Source of the DNA: Phoronis australis
Taxonomy: Eukaryota; Animalia; Phoronida
DNA: 64,000 nucleotides
Assembly: GCA_002633005.1 (NCBI GenBank)
Contig: NMRA01000240.1
Span: forward strand, 507,533-571,532
Direction of reading: 5' to 3'
The stretch's first letter is position 1; the number at the start of each line of letters is the position of its first letter. Positions 51,091 through 63,957 of this stretch are shown piece after piece. The position numbers and the translations under genes were made by a program. The notes below the pieces were generated by a model. It did not search any database. It worked only from the letters and a program-made list of their open reading frames with translations, and was not told the origin of the DNA.

Positions 51091-51217
51091 ATAATTTTAA
51101 GTACTTCATGTTAAATTAACAAAATTGCTCATTGCTCATCAACTTGGAAAGGGTGTCTGCACTTCCTTGATATTTTTAGTTTCCTGTAGTATTGCGCAAT
51201 GAATTTTTGTTCTTCAA

Positions 51218-51435
51218 AACAATCGTTTGCTTGCCAGTCGCGTGCATTCGACACAGACGGAGAACAATCGTTTGCTTGCCAGTCGCGTGCATACTACACA
51301 GACGGAGAACAATCGTTTGCTTGCCAGTCGCGTGCATACTACAAGAACAATCGTTTGCTTGCCAGTCGCGTGCATACTACACAGACGGAGAACAATCGTT
51401 TGCTTGCCAGTCGCGTGCATACTACACAGACGGAG
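51218..51435. repeat. 45-bp tandem repeat x5 (third copy has a 7-nt deletion)
   Basis: Unit AACAATCGTTTGCTTGCCAGTCGCGTGCATACTACACAGACGGAG, directly visible. Confidence 0.95.
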
Positions 51436-52071
51436 AACGTCTTGACTGGTGTAAACAACCAGTAGACCCACGCAGAATCTCAGAGATTCACGGAAACTGA
51501 ATTTGTACTCCAGGCGTTGAAGTGTGTACATTTTTGGGACACACTCCGTATCGTTTTCCCCAGCCACCAGAAGCTGGACTACCGGCCGTGTATTCTGAAA
51601 TGGCCCCAAAGGCACTATGCACCAGGGACCTCGGGACCTCACCTCTCCAGAAAATTCCTTCAAAGAATGGCCATAATAAAATGAACTTTTCCCGAAACTG
51701 GATCATAATAAAACAAATCTTGACCTCAGAGCCATCTGCCGGTCTCAAGTGAATAATAGCTGAGCTGACCTGCAGCTAGCTCTAGTTCATCGCATTTCAT
51801 ATTAATTTTTTCACACTGTTAGCTGTCAGCTACAGTTACTGAGGCAGCTCCCAGCTACCTGTCAGTGCACTGGCCCAAGCCTCATTCTTACTCTCCGTGA
51901 AACTTTGTTGCGGTTCACGGGTTACTCAAATCCTGATGGCTGCATCCTCGGGATTGCCCCACCTATAGCGGACGTGTTGGGGGGAGGGGTTCAGTACAAA
52001 TGTGGCGGCATCCGGAGAACGGGGTGTGGTGGTGATAGGAAGGGGCAGTTTGGCAAAGTCGAATTGGTTTG

Positions 52072-52290
52072 NNNNNNNNNNNNNNNNNNNNNNNNNNNNN
52101 NNNNNNNNNNNNNNNNNNNNNNNNNNNNNNNNNNNNNNNNNNNNNNNNNNNNNNNNNNNNNNNNNNNNNNNNNNNNNNNNNNNNNNNNNNNNNNNNNNNN
52201 NNNNNNNNNNNNNNNNNNNNNNNNNNNNNNNNNNNNNNNNNNNNNNNNNNNNNNNNNNNNNNNNNNNNNNNNNNNNNNNNNNNNNNNNNN
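52072..52290. other. Assembly gap (219 N)
   Basis: Run of N. A single N is also present at 61691. Confidence 1.
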
Positions 52291-55200
52291 TCAAATCCAA
52301 TTTTCAATATGTGAGAAGATAAGCATCTTGCTGGCGAGAGTCTTTTCTGTTGATGTTTTTCAATGTTAACACTAAGTTGAGGATGAGTTATGAACGGTGT
52401 TTTATGAATTTTCTGAACTACTGCAGCGTGGGACTGATTGGATCGGATGTACATTGTGCCTTGTTTGGCCATTTGTTATCTCACTCCAAAAGTTCACAAA
52501 AGAATCTTTTGAAAACAATATTGGTGTGTTCCTTTAATTATGTTGCCGTAGAGAGTATTTACTATCCTGACAACAAGAGGCAATGAAATTATTGCAAATG
52601 ATTCTACAAAAGGACCACACCTTGGCTCAGCATTCATTTCCATTGAGCATACACAATGTCTGAATCGCCGTCTGTGTCAGTCATTTGTGTTTTCTGCAAT
52701 GGGCGTGAATGCAGAACCAAATGTGTGATGACCGCGCGCGTCAATTTTTATTGCTACATAGACACAAGAATTGAGAATAAATACATGTCAAGTGTGCAGT
52801 AATTTATAATGCGAAAAAAATGTGTCCAAGATTACCAAGCATTTGAAATTTTAGTAAAAGTAGCATCAAAATGGATGTCTTTGCCTTTAACAGTGTGCTT
52901 TACACCCTGTGTTCCAGGTATTATGAGAAAAAATGGTTATTCCGGGACTCTTAAACCAACCTTTTAGCTTGAAGTACACGCAGCGTGTCAATTTTGACGT
53001 ATGAACCCGAAAGCCTAGACAACAACAAAATAGAGCTGGCGACTCATAGAAGCTCAAAACTTTTTTCTTTGTAGTAAAACGAGCATCGTTATTTTAAACA
53101 AAACGCTGATAATTTAAATAATTGACTCTCTTTGTACAGCGTCCACATGTTGTCCGATAGCAAGACATGTTTGAAAATCCCATGTGAACGCTCGTCAGAC
53201 GTCTGATCAGCCTTCTTATCGTCTGACCAAAAATCAGACGGCAAATCAGCCTTCTTATCGCAAGAAGCCTACATTAACATTAAACCCCGTAAAGATGTGG
53301 AATTTCTATGAGTAAGAGGGGTCGTTTGATGAAGAGGCAGATCAACCCAATATTCACAAAGGCGTCTCATATAAATGATGGCCTACAGGCGTATTTGCGA
53401 CGGCATTGAGCTTGTTCTAATTTATCCACAGAGGTGACAGCGCTGACTGGTGTGCAACATTTGAATTTTGCTTCTTTATCGTCAATATTTATATTATTGA
53501 CAGTCAATAATTCCCATCTCATCATGTGGATCATCATTGCTATCATGTTCAGCGCAAGTCTTGAACGCCGCCAAAGTTTTGCAATAAATTTTCTCTGATA
53601 TAATCGTGTTGAAATAAGAGTGAATAAAGCTCAACTATCTCTTGTGGCTGTTGCGTTTATCTCGTCTATAGTTCTGATAATGAAAAGTGTGAAGAGAGGG
53701 CCACTAGAGTAACTTCTCTGCTTACACTAGAGTTCGTTGTGCAAGTGCATATCGCCAATTTGGTCAATAGACGAAAGAAAAGACTTTTCGTGCGTGCATT
53801 GAGATAACCTAATTTTCTCTGTTCGCCATGCCATTCCCTTTATCACAACTGGTGGAAGCAATATATCATTACCCTTTTTAGTTTAGCCACATCAGTTAGA
53901 AGTCGGGTTGCTCTTATTTGTTCCTCGCAACAGTGGGAGCTTATTTCGATGTGTTAGAACTACAACAAGGAAGAAAGTAATGCGTGGGACATCCAACAGT
54001 AACATATATGCGACAGGAGTCTAGCGGTGTTCCTTCCCATTCTCGCCACCACCCGTAATTACATGATGCTCTGGTGGGCTTCGCAATCTCGCCACTAAGA
54101 GAAGTGCGTGATTACTTATGAAGCGCCAAAAAGAGTGCCTTCTGGGTGTTGACTCTTTGTCCTTAATCAACGCGTCAGCATTGCTTATCAACGAGCTGAA
54201 TTAGGTATCCAACGCACTGAATTGGCTCTTAATGATTATCTTTCTCGTGAACGCGCATCGCTTAAGTACCGTTTACACTTCAAAAGTTGACACGGATCAG
54301 CTGACACGGAACGAGTGGTTCCAGTGTGTAAACGGCACTGACACGGAGCAAATTGACACAGTGGTGACAAATTTTGACACCCGTTTGGTAGGTAGAGTAA
54401 TTTGCACTCGAACATCTTGCTCCGTGTCTATTATATGTCTAAACGCGTAACTGGGGCAAGACGGAAAGGATCACCTCTGTTGCACTTGCCTAATGACTTA
54501 CGTACGGGTTCTTTGTCTCCGCAACTCTCCGTGTCAGTTGTGCCGGGCCAAAAGTTGATGTCTAAACAGGGTTCTAGACAACGCCCTGAATTAGTTAAGC
54601 GACGCACTGAATTGGTTCTTAAAACGGTAATCTTTGCGCTCTTAGTCAACGCGCACTGTTGCTTAACGCGTATTATTGCTTATTCAACGCGCTATGTCCA
54701 ATGAAAGACATTTTCATAGTCACGCGAGAAGACAGCACAGACGAAACATGGTCGTGGTGAAGCGCATTCTTCGAAACTGGCCTAGCACGCATGATGAAAG
54801 TATTCTGCTATTTTGAGATTTGAGAGCACGGGCGTGATTCGACTATATGAAATGATTAAAAGTAGGCGTTGAATAAGAGCAGAAATGTATTTGTTTAAGA
54901 AGCATTTCAGTGGGTTAAATAATTAATGCTAAGCTTTGATTAAACCAAAATGCGCGTTGAATATCGTGCACATTTCAACGCCAAGAACGGTAATTTTAAG
55001 AACCCCAGCTTTGCATGGCGATCCATAACTTCCTCACTGCTTAACTGCTTCGATCGGAGTCACCCAATCAATGATGTTGATAAATCATTTCAAGGGCTAT
55101 CAAAGAAGTGGCATTTGTTTTTCTCAAGGTCTTACCGCTCTCGAGATATTCGTGATTTTTGGTCTCCAGGTAAATGAGTTTTGCCGTATCTTCCCATGCG

Positions 55201-57614
55201 GTCAAAAACGAACATGTTTAAGTACAAATTAAAACTCCGAAATTCTGAAACTGTCTTGGGGAGGGATACCTCGACTCCCTTGAGAGTCTTATCCCGGCCG
55301 GGTCGAGTGCCCACGTACGGTCGAGCATTTGTTAGCACGAAGATGCCGATTATAAAGAAAATCTTGCAACTCGATATACAGAAAACTGTCATATAGACTA
55401 CTTTGAGAGGACTCAATAGGTCAAGTGTTCACAGTTTTCTAAACCACATGTTTATCATGTGCACCTAAAAATGACCAGCCTTGTACACAAACCTTATATA
55501 CTGAGAAATGTACGTAATTCAGTGAGTTTTGTTGCAGGTTGAAATTCGATTTCATTTAGCCCAAACAGCGATTTCACTCAGTCGATGATTTTTGATAAGC
55601 TGAAGTAAGCAATAGCAGATCTAGAGTTTCACAAGAAAGCAACCACAATTTTCGAATGGAAAGAAATGCTCGAGTTCAGGAGGCCCTAACTCCCGACTGG
55701 AAGAGCTGTTTAAGAAACCGATGCTTCAGTGCATGTTGAAGTAGGAAGATGAAATTCGGGCAATTCTATAGCGTGTGTTCCCTCAAACAATACAATAAAG
55801 TACAGATATGTATATGCTTACAAAAATTCACATTTGACACTCGTTGCTGGGATGCCCCAAAGTAACTGAAAAGCGGTGGAGACTAAAATTTGTAGCAACC
55901 TACGGAAACATTACAATATGAACGCAAAATCACGAGTTTTGACAGAGTTTACGATTTTTAGCACTTAACAGAGTGGCATAGCCCCCTTGGGGAGATGTTG
56001 TCGTTTCACGTACAGGTCAACCGTCTAGTCCAATGACGGACTCTGCCTTGGTCCCCCTTCGGACCTCATAGTCCGAGGTCCCACTTAGGAGTCGACCTGA
56101 GTGTCAACATTCAAGGTGAAATAGCAGTAAACAGGTCCTTTCAATGATGTGCTCCATTGTTGCAAGGCTAGCAGAGGTCGATGTATAACTGCATCACAAT
56201 GAATGACTGGCTGGACCCACCCAGCTGAATCATCCATTCAAGGAAAGGAATAGGGAAATATAACTTTTGGCACATTCCATGATCAACATCTCTCTCTACT
56301 ACTTAAGAATTTAATTTCATTTAAAAGTTTACGAGTTTATCCTAGGATTAATCATCATTAATATAATGTGATAAACACTCCAAAAAGGTCGTGACAAATG
56401 ATTCGCAGTTTCCTGTCACCCTTTCCCGACAAATTCAGGCAAAATGTTTCAAGGTACTTTTCCACCCTTTACCGCAGAACGTCTGATACGACGTATCGTC
56501 CACACCAATCAAAATGATTTTACAAAAACACATAAAAACATGTATTGCGTAGATCCAGTCCAGGTTAAGCATTTGTTCGGCATAATATAAATATATAAAT
56601 TAGAAGAAAGATGATACTAAGTTTGGTGGCACCTAGATGATATACAACTATTATTAAAATCTCTTGGTCTTTTTACACCGAACTCTTGTCTATTACATTG
56701 TCGTGACGTCTTCGGTCGGTCTATTCTCCGGCCATCGTCAAATGTTCCTGCGTTCTTAACACAAGCACGGATATTTGGTACACTCATAATAGTTGTAACT
56801 CGCCACGATATCAGAGAGGTTTTAGAAAGTCATTACTAGAAGGTATGGTAGATAAGAAGCCAACAAGACAATAACATACAATACATAGTAAATGTGATAG
56901 TATTCAGTTGAATTACATCAACTTAAACAAATAAAACACAAACATTTTTGAACTGCGTGTTGCGTTCACTGTTAATCGTATTAATGATGTGTAAAAACAT
57001 TTTTATTTTTTAAAGCATCGGTGACTTGCAATGTCTGGTCCTCGACCAGTGGCAGCCATTATTGTAACCAATGTCGGTTTACTGAACAAAATCTCATGGG
57101 CAGAAGGAAATAGTCGTAAGTGAATCAATATTAAACGGAGTATTTGCTATCTGGCTTGGCGCTGTTTTTTACATTGAATGTACATCGTATTTTTGTATAT
57201 GACAACACAACAATGTCTAACTGCACGAACCACTGATCTTGAATACATTTTGCTCTTCCAAGCAGAAAGACAACCTACTCTCAATAGCTCACAGTACGTA
57301 CACCGCTTGTGACTGAATAGAAAGCGAGTTGCTGCTGCAAATACCTATATTGTTTACTTTTGTCCTGTGAGCGTGAGCTATTGTGAAGATTTCTCGTTCT
57401 ACTCATTGGCTGACGCAGTGAATGAGAAAAGGGTGTAGCACACAACTCGCGGTCGTGTGATTTCGTGAGGCCACGAGCACTTCACACCAACGTTCTTCAT
57501 CTAGACGGACTGCACGGGATAGTGCGTGTAAATTATTCCAGATCAATACTGACAAAGGTATTACCTGTCCATCGGATCTCGGGGTCATTGCCTTACTCAG
57601 GAGTTCTGATCACG

Positions 57615-57692
57615 ATGGGACATCGTCCCGATGTCACCCGTTTGGGTGTGGTGGTCTTTTTTGGTATTTTCATCGCTTTGGGATCCCTTACG
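57615..57692 (+). CDS. Unnamed secreted/membrane protein, exon 1 (signal peptide)
   Basis: acgATGg start; MGHRPDVTRLGVVVFFGIFIALGSLT; strong donor ACG|GTGAGT, phase 0. Confidence 0.65.
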
Positions 57693-58982
57693 GTGAGTTT
57701 AAGGTGTAAAACGAATTGGTTTAATGTTACATTTCGATACTGAATCCTGTTTTAATGTCAGTTTCATCAGGTAGCATCAGGTAATCGATGACTGCTCTAT
57801 TTCGTAGCTCCACTAAGCACATTGCTTGTGTTATCTGGTTTTGCCTGACAAGACTCGAGCTTTTGACAGCATACATAAAATGTCGACAGATTTGTTGCTT
57901 TTCGATGGACAGTGTGCTGTCGTGAAACTTTTAAGTATACAATGATGGAGTTTTAGTCGATCGATTTGCGATCATATTCACACGTGTTATTTTGCTTATG
58001 TAACCGCGCATACGCATATGACCTATTGAATGATTCAACCGCAGGTCCACCCATTTCTGATTTGTACTCGTGAGAAGCGGTTTCACAATCTTGGTATCAT
58101 CAGCAGACAAATTGACGAAGAACGGTCATTTGTGTGTGTAAGCAAGGAATAATCACACATACAATCCAAGAAATTGTTCTCCACTAACCACAAGTCCGTT
58201 TCGCAATGCATTATTTGTCCGATACCTAGGAACTTAGCTATTCCGTAAGGCCCGATATTGGTTTTCATAAGGAATTCGGTACTCGCGAAATCAGATTTTT
58301 AGCAATCGTTTCAGGGTTGACATAAAGATACAAATTACAATACATAACGACCTGAGGACTCTTCAGGTAAAAACGCGAATGGACGCAACTTCAGAGATCT
58401 CCGGGGGTGATCTAAAATAACTTGGAAAGTTCTAATATTCTAAAATACATCAACATTGCACGATGACTTGGGGAGTGGCATTTTTGAACAACTGAGTTGA
58501 TTACACAACATGTTGTCTATATGGGATATTTGGTTGGCCCTGACGAAGACATTTTAATGTCACTAACGTATCAATGAATATTATGGTCTTTTTAAAGCAC
58601 ACATAGACATTGCTGGAGCTGACTGTTTCTTCAGGTCATATCGGTGTGTTATGTTTTTTTTTTTTAAAGTTTCGTTCTATCCGTACATCGATTATCCTTT
58701 TATTTTATTACATTTAACATAGGCTTATCTCTCTTACTTTCACCATTAGTCTTGTCTCTCTTCCTTGTGTTATATTGCGGAATGTCATTGTTGATATGTT
58801 GTATTGTGTTATATTGCGGACGGTCGTTTTTAAAAAAAATCTATCAATAAATCAAGTCACGGGTATCCATTTTTCTACGATCCACCTCCAAGTAGGAAAC
58901 GCCACCCAATTTTCTAAACAGATCTCGCGACCTTGGGAAGGCAGGAGGAGTGTTAAAGGCATGTCGACTTGTCAATGTGATA

Positions 58983-59239
58983 CTTGTGCGCACCCGGAAG
59001 GGGGACTCGGGAGGGCTCGAACGAGCCCCCATTTGGCGAAGTGGGCAAAAAAAGTCCACCTCAGAGAAGCAATAAGTCCGAGAAAACGAGACAAAAGTCC
59101 ACAGGAAATAGGAAGTAGGTCTGAACGTTGTACCCCGTTTTTTATTTATTTTTTTATTTTTAGCCCCCCCTTTTTCAGTAAAAGGTCCACATACTGAAAA
59201 ATTCGAGCCCCCCTGTATTTTAGGCTGGGTGCGCGCATG
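58983..59239 (+). mobile_element. MITE family C, copy 3
   Basis: Termini CTTGTGCGCACCC / GGGTGCGCGCATG, with TGATA at 58978-58982 and 59240-59244. Confidence 0.7.
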
Positions 59240-59340
59240 TGATATCATATGTTGACTGAAATAAATTGCATTTTGAACAGGACGACTTCACTGCCGCATT
59301 TGGTGGGTTAGAACTTATTATTTCACAGAAGTGAGAGTAA

Positions 59341-59673
59341 AGCTATGGTCACAACCCGCCGTGCGTGTTTATTGTTCGTACGTTTTCTGCGGACGCCACG
59401 GGCACCACGTTTTTCTGAAAACGTGAGTAGGGAGTGGCAAGCGCAGGGAGGACGTACGTCACACGTACTGCCGTGAATCTGTAATGCGAACGCAGCTTGC
59501 ACGCAGAGAAAGTTCTGCATGCACTAAAAGTGCTACGTCGTGTCTGCGTTCTCCTGCGTATTCACCAAAACGCACGGAGGCCGTACTTGCCACGTACGGA
59601 TCGCCAAATTTCCCCCACGTTTTTACACGTAGACAGCACGCACTTGCACGTACGGCGGGTTGTGACCAAGGCT
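59341..59673. mobile_element. PIF/Harbinger-type MITE
   Basis: ~27-bp TIRs AGCTATGGTCACAACCCGCCGTGCGTG / CACGTACGGCGGGTTGTGACCAAGGCT, flanked by TAA and TTA. Interior is rich in CACGT/ACGT. Confidence 0.75.
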
Positions 59674-61692
59674 TTAGCTGTCATATATCGGGTTTTACCT
59701 TAAGATATACCAAGTGATGTGAATTATTCATGTACCCTAGTCAATACAGTTACATATTTAGACAGTCAATGTCTGTGCTCTCACGCACAAAACTAAAAAT
59801 CTCCATGTTTACTACTCATTTGCGTTTGTTTTCTCGACAGCTATTGAATAAATTTCAACTGTTCCGTATTTGGCGGGGCCGTCCAGCTTTTTGAAACTTT
59901 TTGGACGGCATCCACGCGGCGATATTTACAGTCCATGGTGACGTTGTGTTGATGTGTGGCTGCATATTTTCTCACTGGAGTCTATACCCCTATTTTCCGT
60001 TCCATTTCACAGGCATTACTAATAAAAAAAAAAAACAAAAACAAGTTTTTGCCACGATATTTTTGGGTGTTGCCATTTTCTTCCTGTAGTTCGACCTAGA
60101 TTCATTTGTATCTCTTTCCATTGTTCATAAAAACACGGTCTCGGCACAATGTTTCCGGGTGTTGTAATTTTGTTCTTGTGGTTTGGTCTAGATCCAGATG
60201 TCCCACTTTTTCACTTTGGAGTGATGTCAATGTTGACAATTATTTTATTGTTTTCCTAAAACCGCTTTGATGTGGCGAGGTGGTAACATGTCTAAAATTT
60301 ATTGGTCTGTTTACACCAACCGAATCATATGCGGTGTAAGTGGTTAGAAGTGGACTATCAAACTAAAGGTGTCACGTTCAACCCCAGCGCCAAGAAAAGT
60401 GAAATTAAAAAGGTACTCACCCTGTACCATACGTCCGTCATTGTTCTTCTAATAGCACTGTACTTGAAGATGACCGAAAAATGGTCGACCCGAAACATCG
60501 TGCCAGTGTAAATAGGTTAGTGGTTGGTGTGAATAAGTTAATGTATTTCAAAAATAATCTCCTGATTTTGTTGTGAATTTGATAATGGTGGTAAACGTGG
60601 CTTAACCTAACTTTACTTAGTTCATGGACATGTTACCGACATTGCTTTGTAAGAATGTAGACTGATGGAAGTATTGGTAGTGACTTGAGAGGGATTAGTA
60701 ACAAAGAAATGACCGGTCCTGCCTTTGGTAAACACACTACAAGAGAGCATTTCACGACATAGCCGGCGACTTGTCCACGTAAACAACGTAGGATAGAAAT
60801 TAGTTTTGAACTGGAAACCCGCAACCTTTCAGCAGCATTTCGGTTGGGTGTAAGCATTAATTTTCAAATCCTTTCGCTATGAAACTCCTGTCAGCACACA
60901 ATGGGTATGGGCACGCCATCCCATTTCAATTCATATCGAAGGAGGAAGTCCCTGAAAATATCACTATTATTCAAAGCAATTCACGCGTGGGAACAATTAA
61001 ACGCCTCAGGGAAATTGCTTTGTCGGGGATGTTCAACTGGGACATTAAATAATTATCCCAAGTTAGCCGCAATAATGCTCTCGTGTGAACCTTTCAAACA
61101 ATTATCATGAGCATTGTCTTAACTAAGTATAAAATCATTCTCGTTATTGTTAGAAACAGAACCTTTACTTGGCAATATGAATCCTCTTGTAAACTCTTTC
61201 GTTGGTAATCTGGAGAAAGTGCGCCCTTTCGTGGAATACTTCTTAAATTTCTGTCAGTATCACCAGACATTGGGGAGCTCGGACCCTCAATCGGACAATG
61301 TCGTACAAAATTAAATGGGTGTTTACCATTACACTTCATTCACACAACAGTAACATGCCAAGACATCTTAACATGTGTCCAACTGATTACATGGAATACT
61401 TCCCGTACATGGAACGCGTGATCCTTCTGACCTACACGTCCAGCAAGGCAAGCATAATCTGTGGGATAATAACACTTCTCAGTCCAACACAGTTTAGTAC
61501 GTGCAACCGTTTCTGTGCACGGACTGGGTCTATATAAATGTAGCTTCCCCGAACACGGAAATCATAAAATATAAAGGTCATCTCTAACAAAAGGTGTAAG
61601 CTTACTGCTATACGCAGTATCTAGGAACCAGTATCTGCAATCAGAGGTCGGGAAGAGCGAGCCAAACCTTCCAAAATCGATAGGTCGTTGNT

Positions 61693-62303
61693 AAGATCCA
61701 ATTTCAAGTGTCAAATTCGGAACACGGTGCAATCGTAACGGAACTATGGCTAAGTATAGGCTCTCCTGCGATACCTCTGGCGACCGTTTCCGTCGTCTGC
61801 TCCACTGTGCAATGAAGAAAATTACTTCATTTTTAAAGAAAATGGCATCTTTGTGATGATGAAAAAAACAGAAGCTGCTGGTAAGATGTCAATTTTAATT
61901 GAAGCTTGAGTGAATCACTCAGAAACTCATAATTCTCTCTTTGTCAAACCTTAACTTAAGACGATTTCCACAGCAATCGCGTCATTATTGCCAACACAAA
62001 AACAGATTTGGTCTTTTGGGCAATTGAAGACTATTTCAAATACAACAAATTTGTAACGAACTGATTGCACAAAATATAAAACATGTAATAAGCATTACAA
62101 AAAAAATGTTTCGCGCGCAAACGCTGTGGACCATAAACAAATAGGTCTTTTAGTAACAAAGTCGCAGTTAAATCGTGGTGGTGTAGTAAACCCTCGTCCC
62201 GACCTCCCCCCATTCGGTGCTATGCGTATCTACAATCGTGCTTGGAGCAAATGTTTACAGACAAAATGTTGGCCCCTCTTGTGATATCCTAGATCCGCCA
62301 CTG
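61693..62303 (-). mobile_element. hAT-like family B, second copy (no nested insertion, truncated at the N at 61691)
   Basis: Reverse complement matches 28180-28771 joined directly to 30910-31078. Terminus CAGTGGCGGATCTAGG at 62303. Confidence 0.8.
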
Positions 62304-62763
62304 TCTGTTGGGAGATTCATCCACGAACGGAAATGTTTACCATGTAATTTGTATGGCTTAATAGTAAGTAAACCTGGTTTATTCCTACAAAAAATAACCG
62401 TCCGTATGGCCTTTTTAGGTTTACGCGTACGCTTTGTGACCAGTCAATGAATTTTGGCGTGGTAGTAAGCAAGAAAGACCTTCGGTAACGTTTGAACCAC
62501 ATTCATTTCGAGTAAACATTGCTCATTTCTGGCCTCAGTATTGCACAGATAAGACACAGGTACACATGGCATTCAAACCAGTGATAACAACAATAGGCTA
62601 AACTATGTCTGGTCTGCATGCGCGGTCGTAACTTTCCATGCATTGTTCTAAATGTATTCTCAAGTACCTTTGCGACACTTTATGACCAAAAATAAAAAAT
62701 ATCATATCTAATCCCAGGATCTCCTTAGCTTTGAAATTTTCAATCTACAGCTGCTACAGCTTT

Positions 62764-62925
62764 CAGGGGCGGATCCAGGATTTTGAGTTTGGGGGAGGGC
62801 AGGACAGAGTATTAGCCAGGATTTTGCCCGTCAGACATTCGCACCCCAGAACTGCCTAATGGAATCTGGTATAATTTTTTTTGGGGGGGGGGCATGCCTT
62901 TGGCCCCCCTCTAGATCCGCCACTG
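62764..62925 (-). mobile_element. hAT-like MITE family A, copy 2 (5-bp TSD)
   Basis: Termini CAGGGGCGGATCCAG / CTAGATCCGCCACTG, with GCTTT at 62759-62763 and 62926-62930. Confidence 0.8.
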
Positions 62926-62991
62926 GCTTTGATCGTTCTGAACCTTTCGTATTTTAGGCAAACATTTACGTATTTATCTTTTTTGTTTCAG

Positions 62992-63016
62992 TCTGCTGCG
63001 GATACTTGTCCACCTG
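62992..63016 (+). CDS. Unnamed secreted/membrane protein, 25-nt micro-exon (SAADTCPP)
   Basis: Strong acceptor tcttttttgtttcAG and donor CTG|GTAAGT; phase 0 in, phase 1 out. Completes a plausible signal-peptidase site (LGSLT-SAA). Confidence 0.65.
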
Positions 63017-63237
63017 GTAAGTTGTTCGTATAGTGCGTTCATGGGCTCATGAGTGACTACCGTCTGTGAATTTTGTCAATAAACACATGTTTAAGTCAAG
63101 GCTTTTCGATAGAACTAACAGCCCAATCTGTCTTAGCAGATATAAAATCGCCAAAGTGCACTTTTCATTACTCACTGAGCTTTAGTACTCAGGTTATTAC
63201 GTATTATTTGAAATGGGCTCATGTTTTCATCCAACAG

Positions 63238-63289
63238 ATGACGCTTTGTGGTTACCAGCCGCGCGACCACATCGACCACAGCACCTGCT
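63238..63289 (+). CDS. Unnamed secreted/membrane protein, exon 3 (DDALWLPAARPHRPQHLL)
   Basis: Acceptor ttttcatccaacAG. Donor CT|GTGCGT gives phase 1 in and phase 2 out, fitting both neighbours. The donor choice is less certain. Confidence 0.5.
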
Positions 63290-63802
63290 GTGCGTGAACT
63301 TGGAATCTCAAGATTGCGTATGCGTGAACTTGGAATACACGAGGAAACTTGACAAGTTCACTCAAATAATCATTCACTCGATAAAAATTTGCATTCTACT
63401 GAATCAAATAACATGTCGATAAAATAACATAAATTTTAAGCAATCATTTTTCAAATATTGGCGATCTTATTCACCAAAGAATAATTGATTTAATAATTCA
63501 CATATTCCGATTATTTGACTCTAGTTATGCTAAAGCAGAAAATTGGTAATCATGAGGCCAATAATTACAAAGTTCTTTACGCTGAACAAAAAATTCACCT
63601 GATTGCACAAATGAAAATTCAATTCCAATGGCGCTATTCGGAGAATTCTCCTCGCGGTGTCGCTGCTGTACTAGTGGTGATTGAATTGCGCATGCGTGGC
63701 TGTCTGCATGTAAACAACTGGTAAAAGATGGAATTTTTATCAATATACGTCGTCGCGCTAAGCCTTATTACTGCTAATTTCCGTGGTGCAAGTCTTCGAC
63801 AG

Positions 63803-63957
63803 GTGGCCACAAATTCCCAAAAGACCTAAGGTTACTATATTCGTGGACAATTGCGGTCAACAGGGTCAACTAACTGACAAAAAGTGTGTGGATGATGAAG
63901 CCCCGTGTGTGCTCTATGACTATGCAGTTCCATTCGGAGACTACACAACATTACTTG
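63803..63957 (+). CDS. Unnamed secreted/membrane protein, exon 4 (gene continues beyond window)
   Basis: Acceptor tcttcgacAG and donor TTG|GTAAGT; 155-nt open frame WPQIPKRPKVTIFVDNCGQQGQLTDKKCVDDEAPCVLYDYAVPFGDYTTLL. Missed by the ORF track. Confidence 0.65.

Noticed and set aside
51905-52472. Several ORFs of 81-169 aa
   Set aside because: Artefacts of reading through the N gap.
60560-61690. Cluster of short ORFs on both strands suggesting a retroelement or viral fragment
   Set aside because: No RT, integrase, GIY-YIG or capsid motif could be recognised in any frame read; left unassigned.
27864-62925. Mirror arrangement of family A and family B elements at 27.9-28.2 kb and 62.3-62.9 kb as the ends of one giant inverted-repeat element
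   Set aside because: The family A copies and the complete family B copy each have their own distinct TSDs, and the spacers between A and B differ in length and sequence; these are independent insertions.
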